DNA from: Oligoflexales bacterium
GTDB lineage: Bacteria > Bdellovibrionota_B > Oligoflexia > Oligoflexales > JAPPIL01
DNA: 64,000 bases
Assembly (NCBI GenBank): GCA_965215515.1
Contig: OZ244057.1
Coordinates: 928,001-992,000 of the forward strand
Reading direction: 5' to 3'
Below the pieces are notes generated by a model. The model worked only from the letters and a program-made list of their open reading frames with translations, ran no database searches and was not told the origin of the DNA. This document shows, one piece after another, positions 10,497 to 19,823 of this stretch. The first letter of the stretch is position 1; the number at the start of each line of letters is the position of its first letter. The position numbers and the translations under genes are program-made.

Positions 10497-11582
10497 GTGG
10501 ATGGCGTGTGGAATTTGCTAGTGGCACTTGTCGTGGGCACAGCGCTGCTGAGCGGTGCATGTCGTGCACGGCGAGAGATCTCCCGACCTGGCTATATTGT
10601 GGGCCCGACCAACGACATCGAACGTCTACCTGAGATAGAAATAGAAGAGATCGATGTTCCTCCGAAGGTGTTGCGGAAAGCGATCAAGGCCTCGGTCCTC
10701 ACCGTCACAGTACAGGGTGACGGGAAACGTAAATACTGCTCTGGCTCGTTAATCGGGGGACGCAGCGCGGGGGATACACCTCGTATCATCACCAATCACC
10801 ACTGTTTCGCTGAGAAACGCAAAGGTTCAGACCGCTCGCTGCCCCACATAATCCCTGAGGCATGTGAAAATACTACGGTTTACTTCAGCTTCGAAGACGA
10901 TGATGAGGACAGTAAGCCATTGTCACGCAAATGCAGACGCGGCTCCTTGGTCACTAATTTCGACGCGGATTTTGCTCTCTTTAGCCTCGACAAGCCGCTG
11001 CCCGCAGAATACGAGCCTTTTGAAATCTGGGACGGAAAAGTGCCACCTAACCGCCCCGCCTTCATCATCCACCACCCCAGTGCGAAGGAAAGCCGACAAG
11101 GCGGAGAAAGTGAAGCGATGTTGCGAGAGGAGGGTGTGTACCTCCCTAAGAAGGCTATAACCGTCAAGAATTGTAGGGTGTTAGGACCCTTCGATAAGAA
11201 TTTTTGGTCGCTCAATCCCAATCTGAGCGTCGGCTTGAAGCACACCTGCGACCTAGTGCAAGGGTCGAGCGGCTCGGGGCTGATCGATGTCACCAGTGGC
11301 AAGCTACTGGGAGTGAATTGGGGTGGTATTACCCTGACCATCAATAAAAGCGAACACAAGCATAACGTCGCATCCGCCGCGCAGTTTTTGCGCCAATTTG
11401 TCGCTAGCCACGACGTTACTGCCCCCCCTATGCCACCGCAAGCACGGGACAGTATCGCCTGCGCTCACATCGCGGGACACACTGCCACAGACAAGCTGCT
11501 GCTGTTCCTGCTCTTCATTCCTCCTCTCGTGGCGGCACGGCAACGCAGCGACGGCAGTAAGCGCATGTGGGCGAAACGATGA
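10497..11582 (+). CDS. Trypsin-like (S1) serine protease, lipoprotein
   Basis: Lipobox LSGAC; ITNHHC (His), DFALF (Asp), GSSGS (Ser); hydrophobic C-terminal tail. Confidence 0.9.
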   Translation: MDGVWNLLVALVVGTALLSGACRARREISRPGYIVGPTNDIERLPEIEIEEIDVPPKVLRKAIKASVLTVTVQGDGKRKYCSGSLIGGRSAGDTPRIITNHHCFAEKRKGSDRSLPHIIPEACENTTVYFSFEDDDEDSKPLSRKCRRGSLVTNFDADFALFSLDKPLPAEYEPFEIWDGKVPPNRPAFIIHHPSAKESRQGGESEAMLREEGVYLPKKAITVKNCRVLGPFDKNFWSLNPNLSVGLKHTCDLVQGSSGSGLIDVTSGKLLGVNWGGITLTINKSEHKHNVASAAQFLRQFVASHDVTAPPMPPQARDSIACAHIAGHTATDKLLLFLLFIPPLVAARQRSDGSKRMWAKR

Positions 11583-11612
11583 CAGCCGCGTGCCTAAAAA
11601 ACAGACTCCCTA

Positions 11613-13364
11613 TCACTCACGCGGCAGATGACAAGAAAACGCCCGTCCCAGCTTGCGCCTCTCGCGCTGCAAAGCAGAGACGGCAGGTAGCAGTTCACGT
11701 TGGCGTGGCTCATCGGCACGACGCAGGTCTCTTTGGAGGAGCAGAATCTGCTCGGTCAATTTTTTCTTCTTATGCAGTCGTATCAGGGTAGCCAGTGCTT
11801 GCTGATGGTCGGTATCATACAGCGCGGGGCTGTTGCGCACTTGGGTGAGTGTCTCTCTGACTGCAGTGGTCAGCTCGTCTTCCGCCAGGGCGTTGTTTGT
11901 GCAGTTAGGCGTACCGCGCTGCAAATTAGCCAGCATTGCAGCCACTAGCGTTTGCCAAGGTACAGCGAGTTCCAGTTCTTGCTGCACGAATGTCTGCAGG
12001 ACATCGACTGCGAGCGTCTGCGGAACCGCGTAATACAGGTGGCCGATGAATTCCAACATCCACATCGACACAGGCCTGGTTGCGTGTCGTGGTACTGCGG
12101 GAGGCTTGCTGCGGATCCTACGCCAGCCTTTTTCGATAACATCACGCGCGATGCCACTATGTTCAGCGATCTGCGCGATCAATGTGCCACGCTGCATGTC
12201 GTCTTCGATGGCACGCAACAGGGGAAAAATTTCCTCCCGCAGTAGGTTAGGGTAATGACGTGCATCTCGATCACGCAGCTTACCGATGATACTGAACTCG
12301 ACCACATCCTCGGCCGTCGCGAGCAGCTGTTGCAACGCTTCCTTGCCTTTTTCCTGCAGCAAACTGTCGGGGTCGTGCCCGCTGGCCAGCTGCGCCGCCC
12401 TGAGGCTGAGGTGCGGGAAAGCGAACGCCAGCGGCAAGGCATGCCGTGCTGCCTCCAACCCCGCGCGATCACCATCGAAGAGCAGAATCGCGGTATCGAT
12501 ATGTCGTTGCAATAGACGCATCTGTGCCGCGGTCAGCGCCGTCCCCATACAGGCGACACAGTGCTCGATACCCTCCCGCCGCAAGGCCAACCAGTCGAAG
12601 TAGCCCTCGACCACGATGACCGTCCTGTGTGCAGCAATCGCTGGCGCGGCATGCCACAAACCGAACAGCACCCGTGCCTTGTGGAAAAGCTCGTTCTCGC
12701 GGCTGTTCAGATACTTGATACGGTTGTTGGGATCGAGCGTACGTCCTCCAAAACCGATCACCCGCCCACGCCCATCGTGGAGAGGAAACATGATGCGATG
12801 GCGAAAAAAATCACCCTTGGCGGTCAGGAGGGATGCAGCGACCGCGATTGTCCGTGCCACGCCTTGCTGGCGCAGATATGCTTGCAGGGCAGCGCCTGTG
12901 GACGGAGCGTAGCCGAGTTTGCCGTGCTCAATCTCGGCCTCACTCACACCGCGCTGCTGCAGATAGGCTAAGGCCTGCCGTCCCGCGGCAGTCTTGAGGT
13001 TACGGTGGAAGAAATCCCGTGCTTTGAGCAGCACCTCGTGCATAGCTTGGCGGGGAGCGGTTTTCTGCTTGTTATGCCGCAGGCTGGCGGTATCAACGCC
13101 GTACTTCGCACCGAGAAAATGCACCGCATCAAGAAAATTACTGCCGCTGGTCTGGCGGACAAAATCGATTGCATCACCGCTGGCCTTACAACCGAAGCAG
13201 AAGTAGCGGTCGTCGAACACGGTGAAACTCGGCGTTTTTTCCTCGTGGAAAGGGCACAGACCGAGGTAGCGTCCTCCCGTTTTTTTCAAAGCGACCGTCT
13301 GACCGATCAACGCGGTTAGCGGCGTTTTCTCGCGGATAGCATTTTTTATTTCAGCGAAGCCCAC
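11613..13364 (-). CDS. dnaG: DNA primase
   Basis: CPFHEEKTPSF zinc ribbon, GFGGR, KYLNS, VEGYFD, FDGDRAG TOPRIM motifs. Confidence 0.97.
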   Translation of the reverse strand: MGFAEIKNAIREKTPLTALIGQTVALKKTGGRYLGLCPFHEEKTPSFTVFDDRYFCFGCKASGDAIDFVRQTSGSNFLDAVHFLGAKYGVDTASLRHNKQKTAPRQAMHEVLLKARDFFHRNLKTAAGRQALAYLQQRGVSEAEIEHGKLGYAPSTGAALQAYLRQQGVARTIAVAASLLTAKGDFFRHRIMFPLHDGRGRVIGFGGRTLDPNNRIKYLNSRENELFHKARVLFGLWHAAPAIAAHRTVIVVEGYFDWLALRREGIEHCVACMGTALTAAQMRLLQRHIDTAILLFDGDRAGLEAARHALPLAFAFPHLSLRAAQLASGHDPDSLLQEKGKEALQQLLATAEDVVEFSIIGKLRDRDARHYPNLLREEIFPLLRAIEDDMQRGTLIAQIAEHSGIARDVIEKGWRRIRSKPPAVPRHATRPVSMWMLEFIGHLYYAVPQTLAVDVLQTFVQQELELAVPWQTLVAAMLANLQRGTPNCTNNALAEDELTTAVRETLTQVRNSPALYDTDHQQALATLIRLHKKKKLTEQILLLQRDLRRADEPRQRELLPAVSALQRERRKLGRAFSCHLPRE

Positions 13365-13435
13365 CCTGGTGTTATATCCCAGGGGGAGCGGTGTTTGCAA
13401 TTCATCTATACCCTTTGCCGTCAGGAGTAACGTCT

Positions 13436-13927
13436 ATGCCTTCGTTTGATTTTGTGGCCGAAGTTGATCTGCAGTCAGTCGATGACGCGGTCAATCAGGT
13501 GGCGCGAGAAATTGCGCAACGCTTTGATTTCCGCAACAGCTGCGCCGAGATCGACTTCAAGCGTCAGGAAAAAAAGATCTATCTAGTTGCAGACGACACC
13601 TACAAGTTGCGCGCCATGCACCAGTTGTTGGCGCAAAAACTGGCCAGAAGCAATGTCGATATCCGCTGCTTGACCTACAGCAAAGAGGAGATGGGTTCAC
13701 ACGGAGTGCTCAAGCAATACGCCACCCTCAAGGATGGCTTGAGCAAGGAGGAGGCCAAGCAGATTACCAAGTTGCTCAAAGAGACTCGCATGAAGATGCA
13801 AACGCAACTGCAGGACAACCAACTGCGGGTGAGCGGGAAAAAAATCGATGACCTGCAAACCGCCATCAAACTGGTCGAAGAGGCGAAACTCGCCTTCCCT
13901 GTGCGTGCCATCAATATGCGCAGTTAA
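13436..13927 (+). CDS. yajQ: YajQ family nucleotide/c-di-GMP-binding protein
   Basis: MPSFD, RFDFR and RVSGKKIDDLQ motifs; AGGAG RBS. Confidence 0.93.
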   Translation: MPSFDFVAEVDLQSVDDAVNQVAREIAQRFDFRNSCAEIDFKRQEKKIYLVADDTYKLRAMHQLLAQKLARSNVDIRCLTYSKEEMGSHGVLKQYATLKDGLSKEEAKQITKLLKETRMKMQTQLQDNQLRVSGKKIDDLQTAIKLVEEAKLAFPVRAINMRS

Positions 13928-13948
13928 CGGCGGACACGGAGGGAGAAG

Positions 13949-14671
13949 GTGCGAAAAATCATCATCGCTAACTGGAAAATGCACAAGTTGCGAGGCGACA
14001 TCGTCCCGTATTGCCACGCCTTGTCGCACGCCAACCTCGACAAGGTGGATGTTTACCTCGCCCCGCCGTTTCCGCTGCTCGTCGAAACCGTCGCCGCGGC
14101 GAAAACAAGCGGGATCGGCGTGCTGGCACAGAATGTGCACGCGGCGACAGCAGGGGCATTCACGGGCGAAATATCCGCCGCCATGCTCGTCGATGCGGGA
14201 GCACAGGGGGCGATTGTCGGGCATAGTGAACGCCGTACGCAACACGGCGAAAACGATGCCGCGGTGGCTCACAAGGTGCAAGCTTGCCTGCGAGCTAACC
14301 TCCTGCCCGTTCTGTGCCTGGGGGAATCGGGCACACAACGAGCGCGAGGAGAAACGCAAGCGGTCTTGCGGCGACAGCTAAACTGTGTGCTGTCACAGGT
14401 GCAGAATACGTCTTTGTGGGTCGCCTACGAGCCTGTTTGGGCGATCGGCAGCGGCACAAGCGCCAGTACCACACAAGTGCAGGAAGCACACCGCTTCCTC
14501 AAGGAGTGCGGCGCAGACAACGGTTGTCAGCTACGCATACTTTACGGCGGCAGCGTTAAACCGCAGAACGCAGGAGAACTGATGTCCTCACCCGCAGTAG
14601 ACGGGGTGCTCGTCGGCGGTGCGTCGCTGCACGCCGAGCAGCTGGTGACCATCATCAACTCAGCCGCGTAG
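13949..14671 (+). CDS. tpiA: Triosephosphate isomerase
   Basis: NWKMH, GAFTGE, GHSERR, AYEPVWAIG, LYGGSV, GGASL motifs. Confidence 0.98.
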   Translation: MRKIIIANWKMHKLRGDIVPYCHALSHANLDKVDVYLAPPFPLLVETVAAAKTSGIGVLAQNVHAATAGAFTGEISAAMLVDAGAQGAIVGHSERRTQHGENDAAVAHKVQACLRANLLPVLCLGESGTQRARGETQAVLRRQLNCVLSQVQNTSLWVAYEPVWAIGSGTSASTTQVQEAHRFLKECGADNGCQLRILYGGSVKPQNAGELMSSPAVDGVLVGGASLHAEQLVTIINSAA

Positions 14672-14735
14672 AGAGCACACCCAGCTAGGTCGGTACCGCA
14701 ATCACCACAGACAAACAAATCGCACCATATCCCCT

Positions 14736-15059
14736 TCAGTCCACCGCGGATGCTGCCGTGATTTTGCGCATAAGTCTGCCGATCGTCCTGTCGTAAACAG
14801 TGAAAAACATGCCGTCCTTGACGGCATGTTTTTCCATCTGCCTGAGCTTGTTAATTTTCTCATTGATGCCAGCAATATCTACCCCCGCAACTCCCTTCAG
14901 CTTCTCCAGCTCCTCGATTTCATCCTTCAACTCAGCCCTAAAGCTCTCGGCACTCAGGGAATGTTCCTTGCACGCACGCATCACCCCAGGAGCCACCCCG
15001 CAAAGAGTCACGATCGTGCTCACCGTCAACAGCAGATAAATCATCCTTATCATTACCAA
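14736..15059 (-). CDS. Small hypothetical protein with hydrophobic N-terminus
   Basis: 107-aa ORF with AAGGGG RBS and a consensus promoter directly upstream. Confidence 0.6.
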   Translation of the reverse strand: MVMIRMIYLLLTVSTIVTLCGVAPGVMRACKEHSLSAESFRAELKDEIEELEKLKGVAGVDIAGINEKINKLRQMEKHAVKDGMFFTVYDRTIGRLMRKITAASAVD

Positions 15060-15096
15060 TACCCCTTGATACTACAGAATGTAACCGAATTATCCC

Positions 15097-15125
15097 AGAA
15101 TACATTAATAACTTATGTATGTCAA
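15097..15125 (-). promoter_or_regulatory. Sigma-70 promoter
   Basis: TTGACA-N17-TATTCT with an AT-rich UP-like tract upstream. Confidence 0.7.
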
Positions 15126-15598
15126 TATTTTTATTAAAAAATAAAATTTTTCAACCACAATCGATAAAATTCGCCCTTCCCCGCGGCACAAACTTCCTTT
15201 CTCCGCTCCGCCCTGCTCTCCGTACCCCCAGATGCAGGGAAAACTGCCTGAGCACCGACCCTTATCACCCCTGATCACGTGACTACCCATGTCCCTACTC
15301 AGCACGTTCTCCCGCACCATCATGCTCGCAACGATCGGCGGCGAGTCACACAACCACGCTCCGCACAGTACGGCAAACACACCCCCCCACCGCGGAAGAC
15401 GAAACACCCCGCACAGAGAGATCGGTCTCAGCGCTAACTTCGTAGCAGGAGCGACTCGTGCCAGTCTCCGAACAAATATGCTCTGTGCCTTGCCACATGC
15501 CTCGTTAACCAGAACACCTAGCCATCATCAGGGGATAGAGAAAAAAATAGCGGCATCGTGAGGAGATGAAGAGAATGGGATGCAGGGTGCGCAGCTGC

Positions 15599-16750
15599 TC
15601 AGGCTGCTTCTCGATCGGTTGCGGTGTTACGCGGCAATACTGGCCTACTCCGCTGGGTAACTTCCCGCTCGCGCGCGTGCTCAGCAGCTTCCGTCTTTGT
15701 GTTGCCAACCTCATCGCTCTCGCCGCGGTGTGCAGCACTCAAGTAGCCTTGCTGCGGGTAAGTCACGATCTGCCCCACCTCGATGCGGTCGGGGTTGGCG
15801 ATGTGTCCGTTGTATCTCCAGATAATTACCCAGTGGCTGAAATCACCGTAAACCCGTGCGGCAATCCCTGACAACGAATCCCCCGCTTGCACCACAACCT
15901 CTGCCCGCGGTTGATTTTCGTACTGCTGTGCGAAGGCAGCCGACTGCTCTGTGTACTGGTAGTAGACCAGATTGCCAGGAAAAATCAGGTGAGGGTTGGA
16001 GAACCCTGACCACCTAGCGAGATCACGCCATTTTGATTTGTCGCCATAGATGCTCTGGGCGATGTCGCCGAGAGTATCACCCTTCTTGACCACGTAAGTG
16101 AGCTTCGCCCCCATCTCAGGCAAACTCGACCCTTCCACCGCCGCAGGAGATGCAGCTCCCGCTCCCGCCAGGTCGCCGTCTGTCCCCGCCACGACAGCGG
16201 GAAAATCGCCTGCGGTCTCCGTTATTTCATCGCCGCCGACCGCAACGTTGCTCGCCTCAGGCAACTGATTGTCGAGCGGGGCAATCGCCTCGTTTTCATC
16301 GATAACACTTCGAATCGCGTCTTGGCTCTGATCGGCAGTCAAATCAGGATCAGCTCCAGCTTCCGCCAACACATTACCCTCGTCATTATCAGCGATGTCG
16401 GCAACGTTATCACCCGTAGCATCAACCTCAGCCAAATTACCTTCGGTGGGGAGCACCCCCTCCAGGTTATCGTTACCCCCTACTACCGCCTGGTTCTCAC
16501 CGCCTGGATCGACACCGACGGTGAGATTGTTGCTGCCGAGGTCATCTTCACCCCCTGCAAGGGCAATCTGGTTATCGGCATACGCCTCCTGCCCCGCAGT
16601 GGCGTTACCCACCGCAGTCTCCTCCACCGCAACCTCGAGGTTCTCCTCGTCACCCTGCGAACTGGCACAAGATACTCCCAGCCCGCATACCAGCACCATA
16701 CTGGCAAGCAAGGCCCTCGCCGAAGAAGATGGAAGAGTTAACTGTTTCAC
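15599..16750 (-). CDS. LysM peptidoglycan-binding lipoprotein
   Basis: Lipobox GVSC, acidic low-complexity linker, two LysM domains (YVVKKGDTLGDIA; VVQAGDSLSGIA...NPDRIEVGQ). Confidence 0.9.
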   Translation of the reverse strand: MKQLTLPSSSARALLASMVLVCGLGVSCASSQGDEENLEVAVEETAVGNATAGQEAYADNQIALAGGEDDLGSNNLTVGVDPGGENQAVVGGNDNLEGVLPTEGNLAEVDATGDNVADIADNDEGNVLAEAGADPDLTADQSQDAIRSVIDENEAIAPLDNQLPEASNVAVGGDEITETAGDFPAVVAGTDGDLAGAGAASPAAVEGSSLPEMGAKLTYVVKKGDTLGDIAQSIYGDKSKWRDLARWSGFSNPHLIFPGNLVYYQYTEQSAAFAQQYENQPRAEVVVQAGDSLSGIAARVYGDFSHWVIIWRYNGHIANPDRIEVGQIVTYPQQGYLSAAHRGESDEVGNTKTEAAEHAREREVTQRSRPVLPRNTATDREAA

Positions 16751-16820
16751 GACAACTCCGATTTGCTTTTCTCACTGTCTGACCTACAATCGGGTAGTGA
16801 CTGACTGGACTTTAACCTAG

Positions 16821-17798
16821 ATGCAAAAAAAATTATCCCCACCACCTCCTCCCCACCGTGCCGTGCTTAAAAACGAGTTATTGCAAATGCTTATACCCGA
16901 TAAAGCGCGTGTCTGTATCGATGCTACCTTCGGTGCGGGCGATCACAGCCGAGCTGTCTTGGCACAGATGGGAGGCAGAGGAGTGCTGATCGGCATAGAT
17001 CGCGATGAACGCGCCATCGCCGCGGCACGGGTTAACTTCGCTGCCACACTGCACTCCCAACGTCTGCACCTGCAACAGGCCAGCTTCTCACATCTACCCT
17101 CCCTCATCACCTCCCTCGGCTTGCAAGGGAAGGTCGATTGCCTCTACGCCGATCTCGGCTGCTCCACCACGCAGATGCTCGACCCCCGCCGCGGCTTCTC
17201 CCTACAACACGATGGCGAACTGGACATGCGCCTGAGTCAAGAGACACAACAGCTGACCGCGGCCACACTGGTCAACACCTCCTCGCAGGAAGAGCTGGCG
17301 CACATCTTGCGCACCTACGGCGAAGAACCACATGCCACCCGCATCGCTCGCCACCTCGTACAGGTACGCACTCATGCACCTATCACCCGCACCAAGCAGC
17401 TGGCCGCACTGGTCGCCACCTGCACCAGCCATCGCCACCACCGCCTGCACCCTGCCACCCGTGTTTTTCAGGCACTGCGCATCGCCGTCAACGACGAGCT
17501 GGAGGAACTACAGCAACTGCTCGCCACGGAAACTTTTGCCCTACTACGCCCAGGGGGATGCCTGGCGATTATCTCCTTCCATTCGCTCGAAGACCGCCTC
17601 GTTAAGCACCGTTTCCGCAAACTAGCGGGGCTATCTGCCCCAGACCCCGCCACACGGCATCTGCCTGTCCCCACTCGTCTCGCTTCCCCTCTCGCCGCAA
17701 TCATTAAACCTTTTCCAGTGCAACCACACGCACAGGAAATCTATAATAACAAGAGGGCACGCAGTGCGAAATTACGCGGGATCACAAAACTCAGTTGA
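16821..17798 (+). CDS. rsmH: 16S rRNA m4C1402 methyltransferase
   Basis: HRAVL, DATFGAG, LDMR, HPATRVFQALRIAVNDEL, ISFHSLEDR, RARSAKLR motifs. Confidence 0.97.
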   Translation: MQKKLSPPPPPHRAVLKNELLQMLIPDKARVCIDATFGAGDHSRAVLAQMGGRGVLIGIDRDERAIAAARVNFAATLHSQRLHLQQASFSHLPSLITSLGLQGKVDCLYADLGCSTTQMLDPRRGFSLQHDGELDMRLSQETQQLTAATLVNTSSQEELAHILRTYGEEPHATRIARHLVQVRTHAPITRTKQLAALVATCTSHRHHRLHPATRVFQALRIAVNDELEELQQLLATETFALLRPGGCLAIISFHSLEDRLVKHRFRKLAGLSAPDPATRHLPVPTRLASPLAAIIKPFPVQPHAQEIYNNKRARSAKLRGITKLS

Positions 17799-17805
17799 AG
17801 GTATC

Positions 17806-18018
17806 TTGAAAGACTATCAGCTGTTAGCTCTGTTCGCCATCTTTTTCGCCTTGGCACTCGCACGCACACATGTGCGCAACCACGCGACACTGCTCGGCTA
17901 TGAGATCGGACGCTTGAAAAAACAGGAGGTCACTTTGCTGGAGCAGCGCAGCCACCTGAAGGTGCAGCTGGCGCGTCTTACGGCGCGCGAACAATTACTG
18001 GCACTGACACGACCTTGA
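17806..18018 (+). CDS. ftsL: Cell division protein FtsL-like
   Basis: Short TM plus coiled coil (LGYEIGRLKKQE) between rsmH and ftsI; TTG start inferred. Confidence 0.65.
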   Translation: MKDYQLLALFAIFFALALARTHVRNHATLLGYEIGRLKKQEVTLLEQRSHLKVQLARLTAREQLLALTRP

Positions 18019-19757
18019 AACCGCCCACCCGCCCTGCAGTGCACTACCGCCCTGGACGTTTCGTCCACCCGCGGGCACGCCTGCTGCACAAACTACTCTG
18101 CCTCGGCTTCGCCCTCATCGCCGTGAAAACCGTCGTGCTCACCGTCTACTCCGATCACCGCCGTATCCTCGACAACATGGCAGACCGCCAGTACAACGAG
18201 GAACTCGACCTAGCTCCGTGGCGAGGCACGATCTACGATCGCCGTGCCTTCCCGCTGGCCTTGAGTGTGCGTCGCCCCAGTCTTGCCGTCAACCCGCGCC
18301 TCTTCGCTCCCACCGCACCGCAACGACGTGCGTTAGTGACCCACCTCAGTCACACGCCCCGCAGTCTCGCCGCCCTCGCGGCACGACGTAGTTATTTCGC
18401 TTGGCTACAGCGCAAAGTACCGCCCGCAGTGGCGGCAAAAATTATCGCCCTCGACATCAAGGGCTTGTATCAGATCACCGAGCCGTACCGCTACTACCCC
18501 CTCGCGGAAAAATTCGCCCCTCTCATCGGCTACGTCGGAATCGACAACACTGGCCTGCTCGGTATCGAACAACAGTTCGAGCAACAACTGCACGGCAAAC
18601 GCACCGCGCTGCGTCTGATTAAGGATGCCCGCCACCAGCCTGTATTCCATTCACCCCAGCATGCAACTCCTACCACCAGCGGTGCTACCCTGCACCTGAC
18701 TCTAGACCGTGTCATCCAGGAAATAAGTGTGGAAGAATTGACTCTGGGCATCGAACGGGCTCGCGCTCGCAAAGGGTTTGTCATCGTCGCCGACCCGCAC
18801 AGCGGGCGCATCCTCGCCCTTGCCAACCACCCGTCCTTCAACCCCAACAAACCGCGCCACATCAATACACGCCACCTACACAACACCGCCGCGGCAACGC
18901 TGTACGAACCAGGCTCGATCGTCAAGCCGTTGGTCATCGCCGCAGCCCTGGAGCGGGGTTTGACCTCCCTATCGGACTTGCACTACTGCGAGCGCGGGCG
19001 ATTAGAGGTCGGCAACACCGCCATCCGCGATGACAAACCCTACGCCGCCCTGACCACTGAGGATGTGCTCACCTATTCCAGCAACATCTGCGTCTACAAA
19101 GTCGCACAGTTGCTGGGCGCGGAAAACCTCTACCAGCTGTACCGTGATTTCGGCATCGGCACCGCTATCAACAACATGTCGCTGCCTGGTCAAGCTCGCG
19201 GCCGCATCGATCACTTCAGCAGATGGTCTGCAATCAGGTTTGCTAACATCTCTTTCGGGCAGGGTTTTGCCACCAGCGGTATCGAGCTGGTAACCGCCTT
19301 CAATAGCATCGCGAACGGTGGCAAACTGATGCAACCGCAGTTGCTCACTCGTATCGAAGACGGCGAAGGCAAGACGATCAGCGCCAAAACCCCCCAGATG
19401 GTCGCCCGCGTCCTGCAACCAGAGATCGCCCGTCAATTGCGCCATGCCCTCGGTCGTGTCGTCGCCCACGGCACAGGGAAGCTTGCGGCTCTCCCGCACT
19501 ATCGTGTCGGTGGCAAAACCAGCACTGCCGAGGTATTCGACCGCCAGCTCAACCGCTACTCCGAGACACGTCGCATCGCGGGTTTTATCGGCTTCGCACC
19601 TCTCGTCGATCCGCACGTCACCATCTACGTGTCGTTATTCGAGCCCCACAACACCCCTCGTTACGGCGGCAAATGGGCGGCCCCTGTCTTCGCCCGCATT
19701 GCCAGCCGCATCTTGCGCTATCTGAATGTCAGGCCCGAGGTCGCACTGCTGGAGTGA
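18015..19757 (+). CDS. ftsI: Penicillin-binding protein 3 (class B transpeptidase)
   Basis: RGTIYDR, RYYP, YEPGSIVK (SxxK), SSN (SxN), SFGQG, GKTSTA; dcw context. Confidence 0.92.
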   Translation: MKPPTRPAVHYRPGRFVHPRARLLHKLLCLGFALIAVKTVVLTVYSDHRRILDNMADRQYNEELDLAPWRGTIYDRRAFPLALSVRRPSLAVNPRLFAPTAPQRRALVTHLSHTPRSLAALAARRSYFAWLQRKVPPAVAAKIIALDIKGLYQITEPYRYYPLAEKFAPLIGYVGIDNTGLLGIEQQFEQQLHGKRTALRLIKDARHQPVFHSPQHATPTTSGATLHLTLDRVIQEISVEELTLGIERARARKGFVIVADPHSGRILALANHPSFNPNKPRHINTRHLHNTAAATLYEPGSIVKPLVIAAALERGLTSLSDLHYCERGRLEVGNTAIRDDKPYAALTTEDVLTYSSNICVYKVAQLLGAENLYQLYRDFGIGTAINNMSLPGQARGRIDHFSRWSAIRFANISFGQGFATSGIELVTAFNSIANGGKLMQPQLLTRIEDGEGKTISAKTPQMVARVLQPEIARQLRHALGRVVAHGTGKLAALPHYRVGGKTSTAEVFDRQLNRYSETRRIAGFIGFAPLVDPHVTIYVSLFEPHNTPRYGGKWAAPVFARIASRILRYLNVRPEVALLE

Positions 19758-19823
19758 AAATTATGCCCACCCTTGCTCACCCCTATCGCTTTCGTTTACA
19801 ACGGGCGGGGAGCTATTGAGAAA

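Noticed and set aside
15150..15598. tmRNA, RNase P, 6S RNA or riboswitch
   Set aside because: No diagnostic conserved motifs recognised on either strand.
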